Source: Lama guanicoe (Eukaryota). Taken from it: a stretch of 64,000 bases of DNA. A program made the translations under genes and the position numbers. The stretch covers positions 6,855,367 through 6,919,366 of the forward strand of contig MU054220.1 of the NCBI GenBank assembly GCA_013239625.1. Reading direction: 5' to 3'. Shown piece after piece: positions 1 to 12,222 of the stretch. Below the pieces are notes generated by a model, which saw only the letters and a program-made list of their open reading frames with translations, was not told where the DNA came from and ran no database searches. Numbering within the stretch: position 1 is the first letter of the stretch; every line of letters begins with the position of its first letter.

Positions 1-1758
1 TAGTAGTTTGAAATTAATTATTAATTACCTATTAGACAGGAAGAGAAAAATGGAAGAACTAAAGAAGAAAACAAAGAAGATAAGTAACTAAAATGTCTTC
101 AAAAGTTAAGTAAGATAAGTTTTTAAAGTTTGGTAAAACAGTTGGTTTGTCGTGCAGTATCTAGATTGATTATTTAATTGAATTAATTTTTTCATTGTAA
201 GCTAGCCAAAGAGACCTCTTGTTTTAGTGCTGGATAGAAGCATCCATGTTTTATTTTATATTACACTTTATTTTTGTCTTGAGATCCTTGTTTGATAGAA
301 TAACCAAAATGATAAATGATATAGATATAGATATATTATATATAAAATATATTACATATATTTATTCATTTGTGTGAATCTCAACTACTTTCAAAATCCC
401 CAGCTACATAATAGCCTTTCTTTCTGTGACACATTTTAAATGATAGCAACATGTTTTGTGAAACAGTTGTGGCATAGTTTTATAATTTTAGGTATGACTG
501 CTGAATTAGAATGTTTTTAAAGATCTGGGTGTATTATTTTTACTAATTATTTCATCTCCACCTATCATATAGGTATTTTTTTGTCTAGCATCCCTTAAGT
601 GATTTTTTGTTTCTAGTCGTGTATTATTTACCTCAGAAGCTCAAATCATTTAGTACATATTTCATGTGAAGAGATGAATCAGAAAAAAATTTGTCTTTAA
701 AAGGAAACATTATTTTTTAAAATCTCTATTTGATTCATCTAACAAATAATTAAATGGAGTGACTCTTTTATACAGATTTTTAAATACTTCACCGTTTTAG
801 ATTGAAGAGGATTTTTCATTTAAAAACATCAGTTTCCCATTTCCAGGAGAGTGAACTTTCTTAAAAAGAACAATAAAACCATAATGTTCATATATACACG
901 GAAAACATATGCCTAAGAAAAACATAAATATATAATTTATATTGTGTGGAAATTCCCACAGGTTTATAATCTCATAAATACAGACTAAAGTCTTTAGACT
1001 TTCAGGTAAAACAACAGTGTAAACATTGTTTGACTATTTTCTCTAACTTCGTTGTACAGGCTGAAAAACTCTCTGTTGCATATTTTTCATGCTGCTCAAT
1101 ATTAACATCTATTGAGAAAATAAAAAGGTAGTGCATCTTTGGGTCTCTTTTAAGCTTTTCTTTTACCTAGTGTGTCACATTAATGCTGCCCTACAGGGAA
1201 ATAATCAAAGAACTTTAATATAATGCTGTGGTTCAGAAAGGAAACATGACAGCAGTACATTACTGCAAATTGAATTTAATGAGCTTCTTAGCACTGGGAG
1301 AGTGACTCTTTGAAACAGAAGCTATTCAATTGAGATCTTTTTGATTTTAATTAAATCATTTTCCATTTACCACAGGGATAAGTTTAATCTTAATTAGGCA
1401 CTTTCACGGGGAGGTGAAGCCATATGATTTATATTTTCTTGATCATATAGTGAAAGATTCAAAGTGTAAAGGATGAAAAACAATATGGCAGCCGTTTCAA
1501 GGGAAAACGGAGATAAGTATTCTCAAAGGTCTTTGAGGGGAATGATTTCAGCAGAGCAATGTCAGTGACTTGATCTTGGTGTTGATACATGCATATCTAT
1601 AAATGGTTGGATAAACAAAAATAGTATTCATTTTATTTTTTATTCTGTGGCTTTTTCTTAAATACTGAAATTGTCCTTTGTGTAAAGGATCATTCAGTTA
1701 AGGGATAAAGCTATCTATGTATTGAGTCCATTATATACATTCTTGTTTGGGTAGGGTA

Positions 1759-2371
1759 NNNNNNNNNNNNNNNNNNNNNNNNNNNNNNNNNNNNNNNNNN
1801 NNNNNNNNNNNNNNNNNNNNNNNNNNNNNNNNNNNNNNNNNNNNNNNNNNNNNNNNNNNNNNNNNNNNNNNNNNNNNNNNNNNNNNNNNNNNNNNNNNNN
1901 NNNNNNNNNNNNNNNNNNNNNNNNNNNNNNNNNNNNNNNNNNNNNNNNNNNNNNNNNNNNNNNNNNNNNNNNNNNNNNNNNNNNNNNNNNNNNNNNNNNN
2001 NNNNNNNNNNNNNNNNNNNNNNNNNNNNNNNNNNNNNNNNNNNNNNNNNNNNNNNNNNNNNNNNNNNNNNNNNNNNNNNNNNNNNNNNNNNNNNNNNNNN
2101 NNNNNNNNNNNNNNNNNNNNNNNNNNNNNNNNNNNNNNNNNNNNNNNNNNNNNNNNNNNNNNNNNNNNNNNNNNNNNNNNNNNNNNNNNNNNNNNNNNNN
2201 NNNNNNNNNNNNNNNNNNNNNNNNNNNNNNNNNNNNNNNNNNNNNNNNNNNNNNNNNNNNNNNNNNNNNNNNNNNNNNNNNNNNNNNNNNNNNNNNNNNN
2301 NNNNNNNNNNNNNNNNNNNNNNNNNNNNNNNNNNNNNNNNNNNNNNNNNNNNNNNNNNNNNNNNNNNNNNN
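1759..2371. other. Assembly gap (613 N)
   Basis: Continuous run of N from 1759 to 2371. Confidence 1.
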
Positions 2372-2779
2372 AAAAAAACCCCTGTTTTTTAAACAGACTT
2401 TAAAACTAAATTATTAGAAATTATATTTCTTTACATATATTTAATATGAGATTATCTATTTGTATTCTTGAGTACATCAATATGATATCTTTGTAGCAGT
2501 GATAAATGTGTAGTGAATATCCAACAGAGTAAAATATTTGAATTGCTTCCTGGACTGTCATTCATGCAAGTGGACATTAACTCAATATTCCTTAGAATAA
2601 TCTTTATGTAGAAAGTCATTGTGTGTGTCTATGTGTGTCTATTTCTTTGCTGTGTCACTAGCATCTAGCACATAATTGCTGTTATTTGAATCAGTTAATT
2701 AATTGTGGAGGTATTATCTCTAAGATATTAAATGGATACACTTGTAGATATTTTACCATATTTCTATTTACCTAAAATC

Positions 2780-2930
2780 AGAGGCAGCATGGTATTTGGG
2801 AAAATGAACAAGATTGAATTGGTTTCTGACTTCCTTCATTTATTTCCTATGTGTCTTTGAACAAATCATCTCTCTTAAATTTTTGATCTTCATAATGAAC
2901 AGGTTGGATGTGATAAACTTTTATTTCTCT
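2780..2930 (+). mobile_element. MIR SINE fragment
   Basis: Begins AGAGGCAGCATGGTAT and continues with a degenerate MIR core (TTTGAACAAATCATCTCTC...GATCTTCATAATG). Confidence 0.55.
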
Positions 2931-3649
2931 TTCCATTTAAATGATCTAAAAAAATTTAGTGGGTTTTCCGTATCACGTTGCGGGGAACTTTCTTTGCTGG
3001 GCTGCATCCATCTTTGTTCAGTCATTTGGTGTGCTTTACCAAAGATGATTTGACATCTTCAATCGTTAATTCATTCCTGGACAATGTTGTAATTGATCCA
3101 TGGCTAGGGAGAGAATAGAGACTCACTGCATATTTCCCACTATTCTTTAGTGTGAGATTTTGCTACAAATACTCCAAAATTCTTCAACAATCAGACGACT
3201 GTATTAAGTGGAGGTAGGAAAGCTAGGGCTTTACTGCTTTTCTGTCTGCTGAGCTGTGTGTGTGGGGAGGCAGACTGCGTTGACGGTGGTAGACGGCAGG
3301 GGACTCACCCATGGAAACTCGCCTTTGGTATTCTTTCATCCAATCCCTCTCAGGTTTGTTTTGCTTTCTAATTTCCCCTCCCTTTCTTATTTCCAGGAAG
3401 TTTTTCTTTTCTTCTTTTTGTCCTCTCCCTTTTTCCATTCTCCTCTTGAAAACAAGGCATGTATGGGGAAGAGGGCCTATAGCTGAGGCAGGATTGGTCA
3501 GGATTTGAACAAGGGGAAGAATAAAAGGAAGAGACGTTCCCCTTGACTCACCAGAATAGTCTTGTTCTCCAAAAGCCAAGACCTGGGGGTATAGAGAAGA
3601 AATAAAATAACTAATACGCATATGAAGAAATTTCAGCCTCAGTTCCAAT

Positions 3650-4250
3650 ATGAGAAATGCAAATTATACTAATGAGATCACATTCTGTGACTGTCAAAAC
3701 AGTGAAGCTCTTAAAATAATAATAAATGTTTGGAAAAGTAAGATGAAGGGGGCATTTGCTTGTACTATCCTGCACAATCATATGGAAAAAACAGTTTTGT
3801 AAATGTTTATTTGTTTTGATATTTTTAAATGTTCTATTATGAATACATCACATCATCTTTCAGCATCACAGATGTGAACAAAGATCTATGTTAAAGGCAC
3901 TGCAGTGGTTTTAACCATTGCAAAAAAAGTGGAAATAACTAAGGTCAAAGGTAGCAGAATGGTTAGATATTATTGTACACTCATGACAGAATACTGCAGC
4001 CATTAAAATGACATTCCTAAACAATATTTAAAGCAAATATGCTCACTCTAAGGTATTGAAAGTGAAGAAACAAATTCAAGTGTAATCTACAGGTTATAAA
4101 ATATATTCAGAGAATCAGAGGAAGTATGTAGAATCGTTAACAGTCATCTCAAAGTGTTCGGATTGACTGTGATTGTTCTCTCCCTTGCTTCTTTTAGTGT
4201 TCTCAAATTTTTCTATAAAAATGCTTTCTTTCATAAAAAGAAAGGCTATT
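3650..4250 (+). mobile_element. Ancient L1 (L1M/L1ME-like) ORF2 end and 3' UTR
   Basis: GAAATGCAAATTATACTAATGAGATCAC (EMQI motif region), AAAAAGTGGAAATAACTAA and CAGAATACTGCAGCCATTAAAA are L1 3' landmarks; highly diverged. Confidence 0.7.
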
Positions 4251-4359
4251 AGAGAATTACGTGTTCTTTAGTTAGAAGATAATAATAATTTATATCCGAG
4301 TAGTGCTTTGCAGTTTGAAAAGCATTTCTATCTACATCATTTTATTTGAATCTAAAAAT

Positions 4360-4545
4360 ATCTGCACTCCTGCCCAGCTTCATCTGTGATGCTCACCTTA
4401 CTTCTTGAGGCTCAAGTCCATTTCATTATTGCATGAAGTCTTTGCTGAATCTGCCACTTACTCCCTTTCAGATGATGTTTCACTTCTACCTATTCAACCA
4501 AAGCATCTAACACAATATGTTTATTGAATAAATAAAGGAATGAAC
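4360..4545 (+). mobile_element. L2 LINE 3' fragment
   Basis: Ends with AATATGTTTATTGAATAAATAAAGGAATGAA, the typical L2 (TGAA)n tail. Confidence 0.5.
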
Positions 4546-4553
4546 AGCCCAAA

Positions 4554-4903
4554 TGCCACAGACTGAATGTTGTGCCCTTCACCCCCAAATGCATATGGTA
4601 AAACCTAATTGCCATTGTGATGGTATTTGGAATGGGGCCTTTGAGCGGTGATTAGGTCATAGGGAAGGAGCCCTCATGAATGGGATTAGTGCCCTCATGA
4701 AAGAGACTCGAGAGAACGCGTTTATGCCATATGAGGTTACAGCAAGAAGAACAACCCGGAAGCAGGTCCTCACCAGACACTGAACCTGCCACCTTCTTGA
4801 TCTTGGATTCTCCTGCCTCCAGAACAGTGAGAAATAAATGTGTGTTCTTTAAGCCACCCAATGTATGGTGCTTTTGTTACAGCAGCCCCAGTCGACCAAG
4901 ACA
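4554..4903 (+). mobile_element. MaLR solo LTR, MLT1A/MLT1A0-like
   Basis: TG...CA termini, 350 bp. Diagnostic motifs GACTGAATGTTGTG, GGAGCCCTCATGAATGGGATTAGTGCCCT, CCTCCAGAACAGTGAGAAATAAATG and TTGTTACAGCAGC. Degraded 5-bp TSD CCAAA/TCAAT. Confidence 0.9.
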
Positions 4904-4949
4904 TCAATGAGCAAAAATACATTGTATGTAAGTTATGTGATTAATACTT

Positions 4950-5075
4950 TTTTTTTCCCACTTTGTAGATGAGAAAGTGAGACTCAGAGAGTTTCAGTTG
5001 CTTTCCCAAAATTCAGATTAATGAAAATCAAAATTAAAATAGAAATTTCTACTCTCCAAACTTTGTGCTCTTTTT
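4950..5075 (-). mobile_element. MIR SINE fragment
   Basis: CCCCACTTTGTAGATGAGAAAGTGAGACTCAGAGAG is the MIR core in reverse orientation. Confidence 0.8.
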
Positions 5076-5338
5076 AATATTCTAATATTTGGAACCATGG
5101 GGCTACTGGAGTCAATAAGAAGTTTAAGAATTATCAAGTCTCTTTCCATATTTATTGCTTCTTGGAGTTGGTTAATTCTACAGATACTTGGATTCATTCT
5201 CCATGTCCCTTTCAGAGAAATGTGTAGAAATGAAAGCTAGCAAAGGGTAGAAATGTGTTTCATTTCTTAAAATGGTTGAGGGAAAGGAACTAACTGAAAG
5301 AGGTGAATGGATAAAAAATGAAGAAATGTAGTAAGGGT

Positions 5339-5849
5339 TGTGGCAGAATAACAGTCCCTGCCTCCAAAAGACTTCCACTTCCTAATGCCTGGAACCTATG
5401 GATATAGTACCTTACATGGAAAATGGGACTTAGAAGATGCGATTCAGTTAAGGAACTTGAAAATGGGACACTCTTCTGGATTATCCAGGTGGACCCAATG
5501 AAGTCACAGGTGTCTTTATAAGTGAAAGAGAGAGGTGTTAGAGTCAGAGACAGAGATGTGACGACACAAGCATAAGCTACAGTGATGTGATTGCTGGCCC
5601 TGAAGATGGAAGGTGACCACTAGCCAAGATTGTGAGAGACCTCTAGAAACTGAAAAGACAGTGAAAAGGATGTCCCTCTAGAGCCTTTGAAAAGGAATGC
5701 AGCCCTGCCAACATGATGACTCTAGCCCCATGAGACATATATCAGATTTGGGATGTGTGACATATATGACTGTGAAATAAGAAATGCATGCTCTTTTAAA
5801 TCATGAAGGTTGTGGTAATATATGAGAACAGCAATAGGAAACTAACACA
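5339..5849 (+). mobile_element. MaLR solo LTR, MLT1D-like
   Basis: TGTGGCAGAATAA start and GCAATAGGAAACTAACACA end, about 510 bp. Contains CTGGATTATCCAGGTGGACCCAATG. 5-bp TSD AGGGT (5334-5338) / GGGGT (5850-5854). Confidence 0.9.
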
Positions 5850-5914
5850 GGGGTGTTCCTTTTTTGCTCAGGATCTTTTTACCTTGTTTCCTCTACATCA
5901 CACTTCACAGAGTG

Positions 5915-6055
5915 GTGCTGATGATCCAGTGGCAATCCAAAGCAATATGGTCTCTGCCTTCCTGGAACTTATATTCTGGCAGAAGAAGACAATAAACACA
6001 TGAAAAGGCATGAGTGTGTCAGGGAGATGAGTGCTATAGAAGAAGTGGAAAGAAG
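5915..6055 (-). mobile_element. L2 LINE fragment
   Basis: ATGGTCTCTGCCTTCCTGGAACTTATATTCTGG...GAGTGCTATAGAAGAA matches the antisense L2 3' region. Confidence 0.75.
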
Positions 6056-9000
6056 GTGGTCAGATTAGGGTAAATAGAATTATTGGGTGGTTCATAAATA
6101 AATGGAGCCAACATGTGGGAAATTCCCCCTCTGGCATGCTGTCTCACCAGGATCTCTCAGATCCCCAGCAGGGTGGGACACCTCCATTACAAGATTCACT
6201 TGGCACTTTGCTCTTCCCTTTTGATTTTATTAGCATTTGTGGGTGAGTCGTCAACTGCAGAGAACAAGTGAAACATTTTATTGTACACCATGTCCCTAGC
6301 ACACGATATCTGCATCACGTTGTTAAAGAAGAATGAGAGGAACAGAATAGTAGGAATCAAGCTGGGAAAGAGCAAATAGAGAAAAAAGACAGGAAAGGCT
6401 GGGAAGACGGAAGAAAGGAAGGAAGAAAAGAAGAGGACTAAGGGAATGATGGCAGAAAGGAAGGCTGATGTTCAGGAGCAGAGTTACATGGGTGAACCCT
6501 CCATGCTGGACGCCCATGAACAAACCACTCAACAGCAACGTGTGCAGTGTCGCCCTTAGGAGGCAGCCCTCTTAAGCTGCGACACACAGATGCAGCATTA
6601 AGTAAGTCCTGTTGGCTGTGGGACTACGCCGTCTCCTTAAAACAGACCATCCCCATTAACCTAAGACATCTTGTTGCCTGTGACACCTGGCGCTTGACAT
6701 CTGTAATGTTTCCGTATAGCCATGGGAGTCAATAAAAGAAAAACAAGGACACCACCCCAACTCTGGCGTTTTCAGGGTAATACATTGTGTGTGTATCAAA
6801 TACAAAGGCAGCGTTTAGCGGCTCTCACCCCTAGCAAACGGAAACTCTTGTTTCTCTGAATTATACTCATCGGTGGACTGGGATTGATTGCTGCTCTCGA
6901 ATAATTTATTTTATAAGACTCAATAAAAGAAAGTGATGAAAATGTGCCAGATGATTTCTACAGAGGGTCAGAATGAAAGAGCTGGGAGAGAATGCAACTC
7001 CATTCATATTCACTGCTTGCTTCCTCAAATGCTGCCCCGGTCCTGGATGGAAAACTGTTCATCTCTCCTCAGCCTTCCCAGACCTAACGGGTGGAGCAAA
7101 TTTCCTTGATGTTCTGTTTACCTTATTCTTGCTTTTATTTCCTTTGATAAAGACCTATTGGTATTAAAGATTGCAGGGGGTTTATTTTACATCGCAATGC
7201 TGGTTCAATTACTTCCAGCTACATCGGTACACCGGAGAAGAGAGCTTCAGAAGGTAACAGAGCTAGCGGTGCATTGCCTTCCATCTCCCAGGTAGCAAAT
7301 GCAATTGTTTTGTTTTCCACGGTCTTGAAATGACTAGATATCAGCAGCTTACACCCTGCAGGGCAAATCAGGATGCAGCAGAAAGTGTTCAGAATTGCTA
7401 TGTTGGCACTGATAGCAGAACGGTAATAACAGAGTGTGTCTGGACACAATAGGGCTTTTGGCAATGTCAACGCTCATTCCCTGCTGGAAAATAGACTGTG
7501 TCATTGTGTCATTCCAACTCACCTTTTATTTTCCCTCCCCTTCCTTGACCTGGAGAATTCTTTTTAGGATGAATTAACTCCGCCCTCTTTGCCACAGACA
7601 CACTGTTACTCAATAGCTGTCTCTACCACCCCAAGTCTTTGCTATGTAGCTCAAAAATTACTCTCCAGTAGTCTCTCTTCCCAAAGGGTTTTGTGCTTAC
7701 CTGGCTCACCTCCCTACTAACTCATTGTAGTAAATTCCTAGATGTATGAAGCAGCTAGCAAACTCCTTGGCTGCTTATCCTCAAGGGTATACAAGGGGAG
7801 CAATGTAAAGAAAGTCCCTAAACTAGTTACCCTCTACAGATAGCCCCCCTACACACACACATGCTTTGCTTTACTTAGAGCTATTCCACAACTGGTAAGT
7901 AAGCACTCCATCTTATTTAGTCATTTTTAGCTAAAGAATTGCTATCTGTAAACTCAATATGTGTTATTGCCAACATTGTACAAATAGGATGCTGATCATT
8001 CTATACAGCTTTCTACTCTGTTACAATTCTCTCTGCCCAAACCTCATTATTTGCAATGGGATGAGTTTGGTCAGCCATCTAGAGTTTATCTTACTTGTTT
8101 AGATCTCACTTCTTTATAAATCTATGTGATACAGCTGAGCAATTCTTCTCTAATGCTATGTAACAACGTATTTAATCTTTTAACCTTTATGTGTGTGTGT
8201 TGTAGGAAACAACAATAACAGTCATAACATTGCATAAAAATCTGCCACAACGTGGCCCAGAGACAATATCCATGTGGGTCATTGGTTTTGCTGTTACAGA
8301 GGACTTCCAATTTCACTTTCTGTAGCAATTCCATATTTTTGCGATGTATAAGGCATTTGCCTCCTTTCTGATTCTCCCCAAAAAACTTATCTTACTACCT
8401 TTTTTAATGTCTAAGTTTTATAGATAAGGTTCTTTCTTCTCATACCATGAATGCATCTGTAATGGAAGCAAACGTCTGGTTTCAGCCTATGCATATAATC
8501 CAAATAGGAGCCCATTTTGTCTTATTAATTCATGTAAATATCAAAAAATCAGCAAAGAAAAAAAAAAGTTGAGATAATGTGGTAAAGCAGACTGTTGCTT
8601 GGTGACTGATCTGTAGAGAATTTTCCTTAAATTCCTAAGACGATGTCAGCATCATCCCATGAACAAAGAGAATTCTTCAAGGCCTCCCGTGTAGAAATGA
8701 TTTCTGCAATAAAAAGCCTTTCCTTTCACCTCCTGATCCTCTAGTGGTTTGCAGTTTTCCTCTGACTTTCTTTGCCTTTTTGCCACTTCTGCATTGCTAA
8801 ATTTTCATATTTTAAGTTCTTTGAACTGTGACCCAAACTTTTTTCAGAAAAAGAGAATGACAAAGATGTAACTTTCAAAATAATACGGCAAGATGCTAGA
8901 AACTGCCCACCACCCGTGTATTGGAAAAACTGGTGAAGAAGCAAAGAGAGCAGAGAGATGCTGCGCTTTGTCTCCCTCCCTTCATTTATCCACCCCCTCT

Positions 9001-10303
9001 GCCTGGAGATTGAACACTTCCACTGCCATTGTCAACAAAGCTATTATTCCACTCATTGGTCAGTACATGTTCATTTTCAGCTGAATGCCTGGGGAATTGA
9101 TGCATTGTATGCTGATCTCTCTCAGGGTCATTTTCTCAGGGACAGTAATGCTTAATCTGTATCATGCACATCCCTGATTGGTAGGCTAGGGTTGGGGTGG
9201 TTAATCATAGCTTACCTACACCAGAACTCAGACACAAAGGAGCAAATAGAAATGATAGGTTTTTGTTTGTTTGTTTTTCTGAAAGGAAAGGTGCTGGTCA
9301 CTTCAGTCTTTCAAGAAAAGGAGATTTCTGGCTTATCTTCAAGAAAATCCCTGCCTATCCATGGAGTCAGTGGTGAAAAAAAAGACTGTCAGATGCAACA
9401 CACTCCCAAATTACAAGTCATCCATTTAAGAGACTCTTGTTTTTTTTTTTTTAAATGGGTATTACGTTGGTTTCAGGTGTACAGTATAGTGATTAACATT
9501 TAAATACAGTTAGAAATGATTACCATGGTAAATCTAGTAACCATCTGTCACCATAGAAATTATTACAGTATTATTGACCATAGTTTTTGTGCTGTCTATT
9601 ACATCTCCATGGCTTAGTTATTTTATAGCTGGAAGTTTGTACCTCTTGATCCTCTTCACCTATTTTGTCCACCTCCCCCTACCCTTATCCACTTTGATAA
9701 CCACCAGTTTGCTTTCTGTATGCATGTCTGGTTTTGTTTTGTTTTGTTTTATAGATTCCATATATAAGTAAGATTATATGGTACTAGTTTTTCTCTGTCT
9801 GACTTACTTCACTTAGCATAATCCCCTCTAAGTCCATTCATATTGTCACAAATGGTAGGATTCTCTGCCTTTTATGGCTGCGTAATATTCCTCTGTGTGT
9901 GTGTGTGTTTGTATGTGTGTCTCCCACATCTTTATCCACACATCAATTGATGAACCCTTAGCTTAGTTTCATATTTTGGCTATTGTAAATAGTGTAAATA
10001 TGTGTGTTTATATTTTTTTGAATTAGTGTTTTTGCTTTATTCAGGTAAATACTCAGTAGTGGAATTGCTGGATTGTGTGGTAGTTCTATTAATTTTTTGA
10101 GGAAGCTCCATACTGTTTTCCATTGTGGCTGCACCAAATTACATTTTCCCCAACAGTGTACAAGGATTTCTTTTTCTCCACATCCTTGTGAACATTTGTT
10201 ACCTGTTTCTTTTTGATGATAGCCATTCCAACGTGTGAGGGATATCTCATTGTGGTTTTGACTTCTATTTCCCTGGTGAACAGTAATATTAATCATCTTT
10301 ACA

Positions 10304-10311
10304 TGTGTGTA

Positions 10312-10348
<37 letters not shown>
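10304..10348. repeat. Compound (TG)n(TA)n microsatellite at the former L1 poly(A) tail
   Basis: TGTGTGTATGTGTG...TATATATATA read directly. Confidence 0.9.
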
Positions 10349-11844
10349 GTATTTATTGAAGTATAGTCAGTTATAATGTGTTGAATTCTGGTGTACAGCA
10401 TAATGTTTCAGTCAATGTTTCATTTGAATATATATTTAAAGCAAATATACATATATATATTCATTTTCATATTCTTTTTCATTATAGGTTACTACAAGAT
10501 ATTGAATATAGTTCCTGGTGCTATAACAAAGAAATTTGTTTTTTATCTATTTTATATATAGTAGTTAGTATTTGCACATTTCAAACTCCTAGTTTACCCT
10601 TTTCCACCCCCTTTCACCCTGGTAACCGTAAGTTTGTTTACTCTGTGAGTCTGTTTCTGTTTTGTAGATAAGCTCATTAGTGTCTTTTTAATTTTTTGTA
10701 GATTCCATGTATGAGTAATATCATGTGGTATTTTTTATGGCTGAGTAGTATTCCATTGTATAAATATACCACAACTTCTTTATCCAGTCATCTGTCAATG
10801 GACATTTAGATTGCTTCCATTTCTTCACTACTGTAAATAGTGCTGCTATGAACATTGGGATACATGTGTCTTTTCAAAGTTGGGTTCCCTCTGCATATAT
10901 GTCCAGGAGTGGGATTGCTAAATCATATGATAAGTCTATTTTTAGTCTTTTAAGGAATCCCCATACTGTTTTCCATAACGGCTGCACCAAGCTACATTTC
11001 CACCAGCAGTGTAGGAGGGTTCCTTCTTCTCCACACCCTCTCCAGCATTTATCATTCCTGGACTTTCTAATGATAGCCATTCTGACTGGTGTGAGGTAAT
11101 ACCTTATTGTAGTTTTGATTTGCATTTCTCTGATAATTAGCGATATTGAGCATTTTTCTCATGTGCCTATTAGCCATTTGTATGTCTTCATTGGAGAATT
11201 GCTTGTTTAGGTCTTCTGCCCATTTTGGAATTGGATTGCTTGTTTTTTTGTTATTAAGTTGTATGATCTGTTTATATATTCTGAATATTAAACCTTTGTC
11301 AGTTCCATCACTTGCAAATATTTTTCTCCCACTCTGTAGGTTGTCATTTTGTTTTGCTTATGATTTCTTTTGCTGTGGAAAAGCTTATAAGTTTAGTTAG
11401 CTCCCATTTGTTTATTTTTGCTTTTATTTCTATTGCCTGAGTAGACTATAATACTAGAGAACAATACTAAGATTTATGTCAGAGAGTGTTTTACCTACAT
11501 TTTATCCTAGGAGTTTTATCATGCCTTATCTCATATTTAAGTCTTTAAGCCATTCTAAGTTCATTTTTGTGTATGGTGTGAGGGAGTGTTCTAACTTCAT
11601 TGATTTACATGCTGCTATTCAGTTTTCCCAACACCACTTGCTGAAGAGACTGTCTTTTCTCCATTCTATATTCTTGTCTCCTTTGTCAAGGTTGATTGAA
11701 CATAAGTATGGGTTTATTTCTGGGCTCTCTATTTTGTTCCATTGATCCAAATGTCTATTTTTTGTACCAATAACATGCTGTTTTGATTACTGTAGCTCTG
11801 TAGTAGTATCTGAAGTCTGGGAGGACTATGCCTCCAGCTTCATT

Positions 11845-12222
11845 CTATTTCTTCAGTATAGCTTTGGCAATTCTGAGTCTTTTGTGATTCTGTATAAATT
11901 TTAGGATTATTTGTTCTAGTTCTGTGAAAAATGTCCTGGGTAATTTGACAGAGATTACATTAAATCTGTAGATTGCTTTGGGTAGTGTGGCCATTTTAAC
12001 AATATTAATTCCTTCAATCCAGTAGCATGGGGTATCTTTCCATTTCTTTAAGTCATCTTTAATTTCCTTAATCAATGTTTTGTAGTTCTCCATGTACAAG
12101 TCTTTCACCTCCTTGGTCAGATTTATTCCTAAGTATTTTATCATTTTGGATGTAATTTTAAAAGGGATTGTTTCTTTACTTTCTTTTTGTGCTATTTCAT
12201 TGTTAGTGTAAAGAAATGGCAA
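11845..12222 (-). pseudogene. L1 ORF2p fragment (end of reverse transcriptase/thumb region), non-functional
   Basis: FLYTNNE...[36 protein letters not shown]...[15 protein letters not shown] is canonical L1 ORF2p sequence; flanked by stops and frameshifts. Confidence 0.93.

Noticed and set aside
1747..2403. 218-aa ORF
   Set aside because: Artefact of translating through the 613-N gap.
3223..3648. 141-aa minus-strand ORF
   Set aside because: Non-ATG start; the K/E/R-rich part derives from a low-complexity purine tract; no recognisable homology.
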